64,000 nt of DNA. Origin: the human T2T-CHM13v2.0 reference genome, Homo sapiens. Made by a program: the position numbers and the translations under genes. The notes under the pieces are model-generated. The model worked only from the letters and a program-made list of their open reading frames with translations. It ran no database searches and was not told the origin of the DNA. Every line of letters starts with the position of its first letter. Position 1 is the first letter of the stretch. Below are positions 12,915 to 28,495 of this stretch, in pieces. The stretch lies in NCBI RefSeq assembly GCF_009914755.1, contig NC_060925.1, one strand, 5' to 3'.

Positions 12915-13710
12915 GAATATAAAGGAAAAAAATTCCAGACAAGTGATAGAATTAGAATATTACCATTTTGCAGCCCACAATGAATTAAGGCTTTAAGCAT
13001 CAATGGCTGCTAACATCACGAAAAACAAGTAGAGATTATGTACCTACTGAGGAGGAACACAGTGCCACCTATAAAGTTGTCTTGTTAAAATAAAAAAATT
13101 AAACCTGAATCTGATCAAACCTCTAGTTACAACTAGTAATTTTCAGGAACTACAGAAAACAGAAGAACATGTTAAACTGTACCACAGAGGTACAATCAGC
13201 AAAACCCAGAATGGGAAACACTACAGGCAAACAACCTGTTTTGTTTTTTTTTCCAACAAATAAATTACAAAAGGAAGAAAACAAGTTGGAGAAGAAACAT
13301 ATACATTAAAATTACGATGTGGGGAACTTACTGGATCCTGATTCAAATGAACTATTTAAAAAATTATGACATTCTGAGACCACTATAAATTTTTAGATGT
13401 CCTGCATCCTTGATGATATTAAAGAATCATTGCTAATGTTAGACATAAAATGGTATTATGAGTATATATTTTTACATACCCCTTATCTTTTAGTGTACAT
13501 ATTGAAATATTTACCTGTGTAATTATATTACAGCTGAGATTTATTAGTATGAAGTGGCAGTAAGTAGATGGGGGTATAGATAGAGAAAGAGTGCCCAGGA
13601 GTTGGTAACTATTAAAGCCACATGATGAATATGTGGGAATTCATTATACAATTTTAGCTGCTTTGGTATGTTTGAAATTCTCCATAATAAGTTTTTATTT
13701 TTCAAAAAAG
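12915..13710 (+). mobile_element. Old L1M (L1MC/L1ME-type) 3' UTR fragment
   Basis: 'aaacctgaatctgatcaaacctctag' and terminal 'gtatgtttgaaattctccataataag'. Confidence 0.7.
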
Positions 13711-13829
13711 AGTGAAATACCAAACTAATTTTTAGGAACTACAGAAGACAGAAGAACATTTTAACTGTACCACAGAGGTATAATCAGTGAAATCCAGACT
13801 GGGAAACACTACAGGAAAACAACCTATTA

Positions 13830-15040
13830 TGAGAAAACTACAGACCAATATCTTTCATGAATATAGATGTATAAGTCCTCAACAAAATATTAGCAAATGG
13901 AATACAACAATGTATAAAAAGAGTTATACACTGTAACCACGTGAGATTTTTCTTCCCCAGGAATGCAAGCCTGATTCAACATTCAAAATTCAATTAATAT
14001 TGGCCAGGCATGGTGACTCATGCCTGTAATCCCAACACATTGGGAAGCTGAGGGAGGAGGATTACCTGAGCCCAAATCAACCTGCACAACAAAGTGAGAC
14101 CCAGTATCTACAAAAAATCTTTTTAATTAGCTAGGTGTGGTGGTATGTGCCTGTAGTCCTAGCTACTCAGGGGACGGAGGCAGGAGGGTCACTTGAGCAG
14201 AGGAGGTCAAGGCTGCAGTGATTTATGATTGAGCCACTGCACTCCATATTGGGTGACAAAGTGAGACCGTGTCTCAAAAAAAAAAAAAAATTAATGTAAT
14301 CATCACATCAACAGGCCCAATAGAAAAATTACTTGACCAAATCAATAGATGCAGAAAAGCATTTGATAAAAACCAATACCCATTCATGACAAAAACTCTC
14401 AGTAAGCTAGGAATAGAGAAGAACCTCCTCAACTTGATAAATAATATCTATTAAAATAAACTATAGCTAATATCATACTTAATAGTGAGAATGTAGAAAT
14501 TTTTCCACTAAGATCAGAAATGAGGCAAGAATGTCCCCTCTCACCACTCCTTTTAACATCATAATGAGAGCCCTAGCTAATGCAATAAGACAAGAAAAGG
14601 AAATAAAAGGCAGATTGGATGGAAGAAATAAAACTGGTTTTGTTGGCAGATAACATAATTGTCTATATAAAAAACCTGAAAGAACTGGCAAAATAAACCG
14701 GAACTAATAAAAAATTATAACAAGTTTGCAGGATACAAGGTTGATATGCAAAAGCCAATTGCTTTCCTATAGACCAGCAATGAACAAGTGGAATTTGAAA
14801 TTAAAAACACAATACCACTTTCATTAGCACTCCTAAAAATGAAATACTTAGGTATAAATCTAATGAAATGTGGATTTTATAGCTTTGCTCATATAAATTA
14901 ATTGTAACAAATGTACCACTATAATGACAGATGTTGATAATGGGGGAGGCTATGCATGTGTTGGTGCAGGGACTATATGGGAAATCTTTGCACTCTCCTC
15001 TCAATTTTGCTATGAACCTAAAACTTCTCTAAAAAATTGT
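13830..15040 (+). mobile_element. L1MC-type element: ORF2 remnants joined to the 3' end, interrupted by an Alu
   Basis: 'actacagaccaatatctttcatgaatatagatg', 'gatgcagaaaagcatttgataaa', and 3' end 'caattttgctatgaacctaaaacttctctaaaaaa'. Confidence 0.8.
14002..14290 (+). mobile_element. AluJ-type element
   Basis: 'ggccaggcatggtgactcatgcctgtaatccc...gaggtcaaggctgcagtg', poly(A). Confidence 0.93.
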
Positions 15041-15050
15041 CTTCACAATA

Positions 15051-15184
15051 TTTTTTTTATTTTTTGTAGAGGCAGGATCTTACTATGTTGCCCAGGCTGG
15101 TCTTGAATTCCTGGCTTCAAGCAATCCTCCCAACTCATCCTCCCAAAGTGCTACGATTACAGGTGTGAGCCACAGTGCCCAGCC
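15051..15184 (-). mobile_element. Alu left monomer (FLAM/AluJ)
   Basis: 'ttttgtagaggcaggatcttactatgttgcccaggctgg...gagccacagtgcccagcc'. Confidence 0.9.
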
Positions 15185-15317
15185 AAGAGAGAGGGTTTTT
15201 TAATTGTTCTCACCACAAAGAAATGATAAATATTTGAGGTCATGGATCTATTAATTAGCCTGATTGGATTATACCACAGTGTATACACGTAATGAAACAT
15301 CACATAGTGTCCCATAA

Positions 15318-15634
<317 letters not shown>

Positions 15635-16005
15635 TACAATTATTATTTGTCAATTAAAAATATTCAAAGGCCAAGGTTAACCATTTGGTCTTATAGTTGC
15701 ATGAAATGAAATTGTGCTAACTGGTGCCAGCACCAAAAGGCCAGGTGTTCACTGTGTATCCACAACATCTAGCACAACACAATGGTCATGGTAGCTGCTT
15801 TACCTTTCTGGCTAACTTCTCTCTAGAATGTCTGTTTCTCTTGAACTCTTCTTGCTCCTGATCACCCTGTCATAATAAGCTCTTTGCAGTTCTCAATACA
15901 TACCATGTACTTGTCAGCTTCAGGCCTTTGCATGTGCTTTTTCCTTTAGGACTCACTTTGGAGAATGCCCTCCACCCCAACCCCCACTGCATTATGACGG
16001 GCCAC

Positions 16006-18612
<2,607 letters not shown>

Positions 18613-19215
18613 TCACAGTTCTGGTGCCCCTGTAGTTTCTTGTTTCTGATCATTACCAACTGCCTGTGAGCTCTTTGCAGACTTGAGTGGTCTCACTTGT
18701 ATCCCCAGCGCCTAGTTTGTTGCCCAGCACATAGCACAAGCTCTGCAAATATTCCTAGACTACTACATTTAATGAATTCTGTTTGTTCCACACTAAGAAC
18801 TAAGGTCCTTTCTGAGCACATGATCAAAAAGTAGATAAAAAGTAGTAAATACAGGGACTCTTGGGTGGGAAGTTGTTCATATTACTTCATTTGCAAGTGA
18901 GGGACACCATGGATTCTTGACTTTTCTGTTTGGCAGAAAGGTCTTTGGGCATTTCTAAAGAGAATACTTGAAAACCGAAGGGTGGAGATAAAACTGTAAA
19001 ACCTTTAGAAGAAGATACAGGAGTAAATCTTCATAACCCTGAATTATGCAGTGGTTTCTTAGATATGACACCAAAAGCACAAGCAACAACAAGAAAAATA
19101 TACAGATAAACTGGACTTCATCAAAATTAGAGACGTGTATGCTCTGTTCAAAGGACACCATCAAGAAAGTGAAAAGTCAGCCTCCGAATGGGAGAAAATA
19201 TTTGCAAATCATATA

Positions 19216-19635
<420 letters not shown>

Positions 19636-20579
19636 TATCTGATAAGGGACCTATATCCAGAATTATAAAGAACTCTTAAAATTCAATAATAAAAAGAAAA
19701 AAGATGGTCAGAATCTGAACACGGTTCTCCAACATGGCTAATGAACACACGAAAAGATAGTTCATACCTACTAGACTGACTCACAGACACAGTACAAGTG
19801 GTGAAGATGTAAAGAAATTGGAACCATCACACATTGCTCCTAGGATTGTAAAATGGTGGAGTCACTTTGGAAGTTTGGCAGTTCCTCAAAAATTTAAACA
19901 GAGTTACCATACGACCCAACAATTCTACTCAGGCATATACCCAAGAGAACTGAAAACAGATGTCCACACAAAAACCTATATGTGAATGTTCATGGCAGTA
20001 GTGTTTATAATATGCATAAAGTGGAAATTTCAAAATAGCTAAAAGAGTGTTTTTTGCATGTCCAGCAACTGGTGAATAAACAAAATGTGGTTTAAAAAAA
20101 AAAAAAAAAAGAATTGTCTTCAAAAACAAAAGAGTTGGATAAGGAGTCAGACAACCCAGGACTCGCGTAGCAGCTCCCCTAGCTCCTCTCCTTAGCTGTA
20201 TATTCTTAGGAAATTCATTTCATTTCTCCAAGCATCCAATTCTTTGTCAATACTCACCCACCCCCTCATAGCCATTATTGTCTAATGATGCTGTGAAGCT
20301 CAGCTGAGCTCATGAATGCAAAAGCATTCTATACACCATGAAAGACTACACATATGAAAGGAACTGCTTTGTTACTATCACTATGACCTAGAAAATAATT
20401 CAGATCTTTTGGCCCCTGTGGCTCCCCTAGGAAGAGCATCTCTCCATGCTTGGTCTGCTCCCATGAGAAATTAAACACATGGACTCAAGAAGCTCTGCAG
20501 GCAGTGGATATGAATTTGCCAAAAGATCTGAAGAATATTTTTAAAATCTCATCTTTTGCCTTTATCTTAAATGCAGATT

Positions 20580-22140
20580 GGGAAAACTTCTGCTTCTGGT
20601 CAAGATGGAGTAAAAGACACTGGATTTACCCTCCTGCCATATATAATCAAAAACCAGACTATGTATGTGAAATAATGGTCTTCAAAGCAGTGAACATCAG
20701 GCAAAAGCAGAGAGTAATCATTAAGACATGAGAAACAAAAAAGCTGAATCCCATGATTGCCCTGGTGTACTTCTTAAGAGAGTTTTCAGACAACAAAAAG
20801 AAATAAAAGACATCAAGATTGGGAAGGAAGATGTTAAACTGACTTTATGGTACATGTGCACAACGTGCAGGTTTGTTACATATGTATACATGTGCCATGT
20901 TGGTGTGCTGCACCCATTAACTCATCATTTAACATTAGGTATATCTCCTAATGCTATCCTTCCCCCCTCCCCTCACCCCACAACAGGCCCCGGTGTGTGA
21001 TGTTCCCCTTCCTGTGTACACGTGTACTCATTGTTCAATTCCCCCTTAAAGTATAATAAAAAGAAAAAAGAAAGAAAAAAAGTGCTAAAAGAAAAAAAAT
21101 AAAAATAAAAAAATAAACTGACTTTATTCACAGATGACATGATCATCTATGTAGAAAATCCAATTGATTCTTCCCAAAAAAAGGTATTAGAAGTAAATGA
21201 GTTTAACCAGCCTGCAGGATACAAAATCAATAATCCAAAGATCAATTACATATCCATATGCTAGCAAAAAAATAAGAAATTAATTTTTTATATTTTTTGT
21301 TATTATTTTATTTTTTATTATATTTGTCAATGATTTATCTTTTATTTTGATTATTTTTATTTTTCTTGTTTAATCTTTTATTATTTTCCTTCCTCAGAAC
21401 AGAAATTAATTGTTTAAAATTCCAATAGCATCAAAAACATTGAATATTTAGGGATCATATTTTTAAATCTATTAAATACCTATACACTGAAAACGCAAAA
21501 CACTGCTTCAAGATGTGAAAGAAGATCTAAATAAATGGAGCAATTTCCATGATCATATGTTAGATGACTCAATATTGTTAAGATGTCAGTTGTCCCCAAA
21601 GCGATCCATCGATTCAGTGTAATGTCCATCAAAATCCCAGAAGAATATTTTAAATAAATTGCCAAACTGATTATAAAATTTATATGGAAACACAAAAGAT
21701 CTAGAATATCCAAAACAATTTCTAAAAGCAAGAGTAAGGTTAAATAACTTCCACTATCTTTTTAAGATATGATTTTAAGACTCCCTATAAATATATATTA
21801 ATCAAAATAGTAGTATTTTCACAAAGAGGCAAATAGATCAGTGGAATGTGTACATGTGTGAACATGATTTTCAACAACAATGCAAAGGCTATTCAGGCAA
21901 GAACATTAGTCTTTTCAACAAATGGTGCTGGAAAAATTAAATATGTATCTGCAAAAAAAAAAAAAAAAGAACTTCAATCCATACTTTGCACTATTTAAAA
22001 GAATTAGCTCAAAATGGATTATGTACCTAAATGTAAAATTTTTAGAAGAGAACACAGGAGAAATCCTTCATAATCTTGGGTCAGGGAAGAAGCTGTTAGA
22101 TCCAACACCACAGGCAGGATCTATAGAAGAACAAAGTGGA
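20580..22140 (+). mobile_element. Old L1M fragments (ORF2 remnants)
   Basis: 'ttattcacagatgacatgatcatctatgtagaaaatcc' (RT FxDD region) and 'tcttttcaacaaatggtgctggaaaaatt'. Confidence 0.75.
20849..21113 (+). mobile_element. Short L1PA 3' end with 5' inversion (twin priming)
   Basis: Inverted 3' UTR 20849-21043, forward 'cttaaagtataat' plus A-rich tail, perfect TSD 'taaactgactttat' at 20835 and 21114. Confidence 0.9.
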
Positions 22141-22735
22141 CTGCCGGCTGTATGAGTCGCTCTGCTGTTGAAGTAATTACCAGGTAGTCACTTGGGTCCT
22201 GGAGAAAAAGCAAAGACTAATGAAAATTGCTCTGTAAAATCTTTACAGCTCTCTGAAGTAAACTAGATTCATTGGGGTTTTCTGTTATTTCACAGTCTTA
22301 AAGGCCATATCTGGAAAAAAAAAAAAAAACAGTCCCTTTTTAGTTCCTTCTTTTTAGGAGCAAATTCAGAACTTTTTTTTTTTTTTTTTATCATTTACCA
22401 ACAATCCTGCTCCCCACCCACTTCCCGCCCCACTACCCATTAGAATTCTTTCTCAGCCTTTTGAGCATTGAGGAACTATTGTTCAGGCTTTGAAAACTTC
22501 CTCTTACCTCCAATATCCCTGCCTTACTATTTTTGCATAACCATATGTCCAACCACAAACAAGACAGTAAGCGTTTTTAGGTCTCAATTTATAACAAAGG
22601 GTTAGGAAACCTGATTTCCAGAGCTGTTTTCAGCTCTGAAACCCTCCTAAGCTGATTCCTCACCAAAAAAATTTTGCAATAAAAATCATTTATGAGAGCT
22701 AGTGTTATAATCAACCAAGTAACTCTACAATTCGG

Positions 22736-22737
<2 letters not shown>

Positions 22738-22787
<50 letters not shown>
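22738..22787. repeat. Perfect (CA)n microsatellite
   Basis: Directly visible. Confidence 0.99.
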
Positions 22788-22788
<1 letters not shown>

Positions 22789-23069
22789 AGGTTTCTTCTG
22801 TTTATTTCCAGGTTGTATCCAAGAATAGGGGTGATCACTGTTATTGCCCATATCAATAATTGAATTAAATACAAGCCACAGTGGAATGAAATCATATTGT
22901 ATTTGGAGAGACAGGCTCCAAGGTGTCTGCTAAATAGCCAATCACATTTAGACTTGACTCATGGCTAGAATCATTCACTAAACTAATATTTTCTAAGCAC
23001 TTATTATGCCCCAGCTACTCTACTGAGTGCTAAAGATATAGTACTTATGTTCTAGAAAGGGAAACAGAC

Positions 23070-24140
23070 TCTTCCCACCATTGTGGTGCCTTGGCACATG
23101 TATCTCTTCTGCCTGGTTTGGTTTTCCTCTCCTATCTTCACTTGGTCAGCATCTGCTTTTCAGTCAAAGAATCTAAATGTGGCTTCCTTAGAGAGGAGTT
23201 TCCTGACCTTAAATTAAGTTTTCCTGTTATTTATTTCCTTATATCCCCCTTTATTCTTTTCCTTTCTAGCCCTTAGTATAATCCATATCTATTTTGTTAT
23301 TATTGCATTACTACACTTGTCACAGTTGTAGCAAAGAGATGTTTACTCAATATTTGTAGACTAAATGAATGAACAAATTAACAGATTAAAGGCACAAAAA
23401 GGGATCTTGGGGAACTCAGGAAGGCCTCCGAGAAGAAGTGTTCAATCTAAAAGGTGGTAAGGATTTAGGTAGGTGAAGAATGAAGACAATGGGCAAGTAG
23501 ATGTCCATTACTCACCTTAAGTTCATAACCTTTCATCTGAAAAATGGCCTCCTAACTGATTTTGAAATTTCTGGTCTCTTCCATTGCTTCAGACTGAGTT
23601 ATTATGTTACGAAGTCAGTTACATCACATCACTTAAGGTCTCCAAAATGTAATCAGCTCTCTACTGAATAACAGCCAAATTCTCCAACACGGCACTGCTC
23701 CCCTCACCCAAATGGTCTGGCTTTCACCTACCTGTCTGTATCTCACTAACTCTGCCCATTTACTTCATGAGGCACTCATGATGATCTCTTCCCCACTGAC
23801 CAAACACATCCTATTCGTTTCTATTTCCATGCTGTGCACTGTACTCCACCCTCCCTCTATTGAAGTTCTCTTCATCTGATACAAAAGCAATGCCATGACA
23901 CCTTCTCTGTGGAAGTTTCCCTGGTAAGTCTCCCTTCCTCCTCTGAACAAATCTCTCCTCCCTTTCTGCTTCTACTCCCCATGTTTATCCTTCCTTTTTG
24001 TGCACACATGATTCTGCTTAACATCATGGTTTATATTCCTGTCTTTTGGTAGCATGTGAGCTTCTCCAGGTCAGAAGCAGCTCTGAAACTCTCCTAATGT
24101 AGAATAAGCCCTCAATAACTGTTTGCTGAATTGAATGACC
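23070..24140 (+). mobile_element. L2 fragments
   Basis: 3' termini 'ctcaatatttgtagactaaatgaatgaa' and 'ctcaataactgtttgctgaattgaatga'. Confidence 0.65.
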
Positions 24141-24264
24141 CCTGATCCATCCACACAGGAGATCCACTTCTGTTGCCCTTAGCTTCCCACAGTGGGCCCC
24201 TACAAAAGCATCATGATGCCATCCTCTTGAAAACCAGACTTCAGCCTTCACTCCAACTCCTCTA

Positions 24265-26020
24265 ATTCAATTTACTTATTCATAAAATAGTTATTGAGCA
24301 CCTGTCATATTTTAGACACTCTTCTAAGCACTAGGGATGCAGAAAATAAATCTTTGCTCCTATGTTTACTTATATTTAAATGGGTGAAAGACAAATAATA
24401 AATAAGTTAGTATAATATGAAGTGCATCAAGTTATGAAAAATACTATAGGGAAATAGCATAAAAGGAGATAGAGTATACATTTTGTGCTGGGGGAGAAGG
24501 AAGGTGATACCTTAAGGAGTGTTCCTCCAAGACCTCTTACGGAAGTTGCCTTTGCAGTAAAGACTCAAAGGAAATAAAAGAGTGACTAGAGGGATACCTG
24601 GTGTAAGGCATTAAAGCAGAAGAAACATCGAAGGCCGAGAGGTGGCAGTAATATTAAGGGTCCAAGTTAGAAAAATGATCATCTGCTACAGTCAATGGCC
24701 TGAATGTGTCCTCCCCAAATTCATATGTTGAAACCCTAACCCCCAATGTGATGGTATCAGGAGGTGGGGCCTTTGGATGGTGATTAGATCATGGGGGGGA
24801 GCCTTCAAAAATGGGATTAGTGTCCTTATAAAAGTGACCCCCAGAGAGCTCTCTTACTCCATAGGAGTATATAAGAAGTTGGCTGTCCACACCCCGGAAG
24901 AAGGCACCTACCAGAAACTGATCAAACTGCCACCTTGATCCCGGACTTCCAGCCTCCAGAACTCCTGAGAAATTTATTGATCGCAGCCCAAAGTGTCTAA
25001 GTCACCCAGAGTGGTGTATTTTAGAATCAAGTCTGATGCAAGTGTAGGTAGAGCAGTGTAAGTGAAGAAGATGGTGGGAGCAGATGAGGCCAGAGATGGG
25101 AGGTGAGAGTACAGAGCATTGAAGGTCATTGTAAAGATTGACCTCTTCTCTGTATGGGATGGGAGGCCATTGGAGATTTTGAACAGCAAAGTGAGATCAA
25201 CCGGCATGTATTTTAAAAGCATTAATTTGGTTGTGGAGTTGAGAAGAGTCAGCAGGGGAACCAGAACAGAAGCACAGAGACCTATTGATGAAATCATTTA
25301 GGCACTAAACAATGGCGGCTTAGCACAGAATGAAGGCAGTTGTGGGATAAGAGGTGGGCAAATGCTGGGTGTATTATGAAGGCACTTGCTGACAGATTAA
25401 ATGTGGGGATTAGGAAAAAGAGAGGACATGGGAAAGGCAATAAGTTTTCTGGTGTGAGCAGCTAGATGAAAGGGGTTAGTGTTTATTAAAATGAGGAGGA
25501 CTGTGAGAAAAACAGATCTTGTGCAGGGGCAGGGGGATGCTGGAGTTCAGTTGCCGGAAAGCTGAAGTCAGGTTCTTTTATCACCCAGATGAGGTGTCAA
25601 ATTGGCATTTGGAAGAAGAGTCTAGAATTCACAGAAGAGGTCCAGGGCTAGAAACATAAATTTGGAACTTGTCAGCATAACAATAACATTCCAATCAATG
25701 AAACTGGATGACATTGTCAAAAGGGTGGAGAGAGACAAAGAAGATGGGGCCTGGGACTGAACCCAGGTACACTTTGATATTAAAAGGTCAGGGAGTTATA
25801 AGGAGCCAGCACAAAGGAAAACTAGCCAGTAAGCTGAGAGGAAAACCAGAGGAGTGTGGTATATAGCTAAGTGAAGAAAGAATCAATGAAATCAACTATT
25901 GGACCAAATAAAAAGTGAGCAGACAATTGACCATTATGTTCAACCATGTAAAAATTGGTGACCTGGAAGATAAAAGTTCTTATGAACAATGGGGTGAAAA
26001 CCTCATTGGGGAAGGCTCTA
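24265..26020 (-). mobile_element. Long L2 fragment interrupted by an MaLR LTR
   Basis: 'ttattgagcacctgtcatat', 'gatgggaggccattggagattttgaacag', 'ataaatttggaacttgtcagcata'. Confidence 0.75.
24684..24995 (+). mobile_element. MaLR solo LTR (MLT1A/MST-type)
   Basis: 'aaattcatatgttgaaaccctaacccccaatgtgatggtatcaggaggtggggcctttg...gacttccagcctccagaact'. Confidence 0.88.
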
Positions 26021-26329
26021 GAAAGAATGGGAGCAGTAGAATTGGTGACAAAATATAAGGTTGCCATTTATTTTGGTTCACCCATGGCAATCTCAGTTTT
26101 CACCCATAGTCCAGTGTTCCATGCAGTTAATAGTTTCTCTGCCTGGGTGATACATTACATAACAGTTCTAAGTCTAGATAGCTCTGTCTAGATATACATT
26201 AAATACTGCACGCTTTCATCCATGCAACAGTACACTTTTCACTTTTCCATTTCTAGCTTTCCTGATGTAAGTAAATGCCAAATCTCTCCCAGCCCAGAGA
26301 GCAAAGGCCTGGGAAACTCTCCCTAGGAT

Positions 26330-26482
26330 GATCTGTTCTCAACCAGAGCTAAACAAAGAGAATCACCTGAGAATCAGGACCCTGCCCTTAATGATTTTGA
26401 TTCAGTTGGTCCGAGGTACAGTCTAGGCCTGCTTCTCCTCCTGGAAATTCTAATGTTTAGCCAGGGATAAGACCACTGCCCT
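26330..26482. mobile_element. MER5-type hAT-Charlie fossil
   Basis: 'agaatcacctgag...gattttgattcagttggtc...ttctaatgtttagccagggataagaccactg'. Confidence 0.65.
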
Positions 26483-26799
26483 AATTCATGAAAAAGCAAC
26501 AGGTCAGTCTGGTGGAGGTTATTATAGATCTCACTTTAGCAGTCTCTTCGGAATTTTCCTCCCTGTCCATCCCCATTGTCAATGCTCTGGTTCATACGGT
26601 CATTTCCTCTACCTTGGACTATTGAAATTGCACTTCAAATAGTATCTCTGCCCCTGGACTCACCTCCTTCAATCCATTTTTTCTCATTTTACCAACCGGT
26701 TCTTTTCAACAGACTCCATCCTTCCTTTGAAAACTTCTGAGGTGTCCTTATTGACTTCAGGTTGAAATTTAAATTTCTTAAAATGTCAACTGCAGTCTT

Positions 26800-27235
26800 A
26801 TCAATACACATTCAAGAAAGGGTAGTGCAGGCAGACTCAAGAGATATTTGCACTGTGGAGTTTGAGTTTTCCACTTTTATGGGTTTCTTTAGCCAGGAAG
26901 AATCCTGGAAAAAAAGGTGAGGATATCTCAGAACTGTGATGATATCCATTTTTATACCAATTATAGGTGTTCCCGTACTGATATGGTGCTAGGTGGGTGT
27001 GTGATTTAATGTGTTAATGAGCATATAATGAGGTCCTAGGTGAAAACTAGATCAATTCCAGTGCCATGTTTTGTCCAGTCGGTCTTAGCCAGCTTGGTCC
27101 ACACCCTGGTTTTTCACAGTCTTATCAGCCTGTAGCTTCTGCAGCTATTTTAACAGTTTCCTTTTGCTAGTCATGTGAAACTGCTGCCTGGAATTTTCTA
27201 TTCTCCTGCGACCACCCTGTATTATTCCTGTCTCA
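26800..27235 (-). mobile_element. ERV1-class 3' LTR (LTR19-like, tentative), apparently truncated at its 3' end
   Basis: Minus strand begins 'TGAGACAGGAATAATACAGGGTGGTCGCAGG' directly after a polypurine tract 'gtggggaaaa'. Confidence 0.8.
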
Positions 27236-27905
27236 TTTTCCCCACTGCAGAGATTTCCATCCCTTTATTCTTAAGGGTCAATGAGGGAGAATGTTAGTCT
27301 TCTGTATCTACTTCCTGCTGATTAGGGGTGATGGCCCTGCCTAGTGAGGGCATGGAAATCTCTGTCTGCCTGGTTTATGTGTTCCCAGCAGGGGTCATCA
27401 AAAGAGTCTGAATCCAAGGCAGCAGTTAATTGGAATCCTTGCATGACCATCATTTTGACATGGAACTGTTGCGACCTAGAAGACACAAACTACAAGGAAG
27501 CTAAACAAACAAGGACCAAAGATTAGTAGGAATAAGATAGCTATTAAAGGTCCCAGGAAGTTAGGAACCATGTTACACTTGGTAGGTACCCTTTGATGGA
27601 GTCCCAAATGGCTTGAGTAGTTGGGGTTATTGAAATTATGTAGCCAGATAGCCTGTTGGTAAATCTTTTGAACTTGCAGTTCAGCTAACCCTGATTGTTA
27701 ATATAAGAACAGCAGGTATGGTTTATTACGTGCAAACCCCTCCTAGCAGTTCATGCTCTGGCTCTGCTAGGGCCTCATACAATGGCTTAGTAATAAGCCC
27801 AAATCCTGGGATCCAAATCCTGCAAAATCCTGCCATACCCAGGAACGTTCTGAGCTGCCTCTTTATTTATGGATGTTTCACCTTTAAGATAGCCTCCTTT
27901 CTGAA
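27236..27905 (-). pseudogene. Gammaretrovirus-like internal remnant: pol (RT thumb/connection) fused to env TM
   Basis: My minus-strand translation: [32 protein letters not shown] (pol), then [16 protein letters not shown] (CX6CC, one frameshift) and FLGPLIAILFLLIFGPCLFSFLV (TM anchor). Confidence 0.88.
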
Positions 27906-28089
27906 TGGGTAGCTTTTAAAGTCCCATTCGAACTTTAAGAATTTCTAAATCTATGAGTGTAAGGAATTTCTCTTTTAACACGTATATTCCTGAGCATATT
28001 TTGCTCAGGCAAATATTTTAGTAAAGGGAAAAGAGGGAAAAAGTTGGGAGTGAGTGCCCACATCTCTCTCTTGTCTTCACCTCATCTTT

Positions 28090-28495
28090 GCCTACACCCC
28101 AGTCCCACTCAGAAACTGTGTTTGTTTCTCAAACATGTTATGCTCCCTCACCTCCAGGGTTTTACACATATTATTTCTTGTCCCTGAATTACTCTTCCTG
28201 GATTATTCTTCAACTAGCTAATTTCCTTTCATTCTTTAGATCTTAGCTAAGTGATAAACTTCTCTGACAAGTCTTCCCTGCCACCTGTCACCTCCATCTT
28301 CACGACCCCCACCAAGTCTGGATGGAGGGCCTTTCACACAGCATCTCATAACTCTCTGGGCTTCCCTCACTACAGCCCTCATCACACTATATTTTACTTG
28401 TCACTTTACAGGCCAATGTTTCCAACTAGACTGTCAGGGCCATATCTATCTGTTTCAAGGCTCAATAATTCTTTGTTGAATGAACAACAAGGTGA
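28090..28495 (+). mobile_element. L2 fragment
   Basis: Ends 'gctcaataattctttgttgaatgaa'. Confidence 0.65.
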
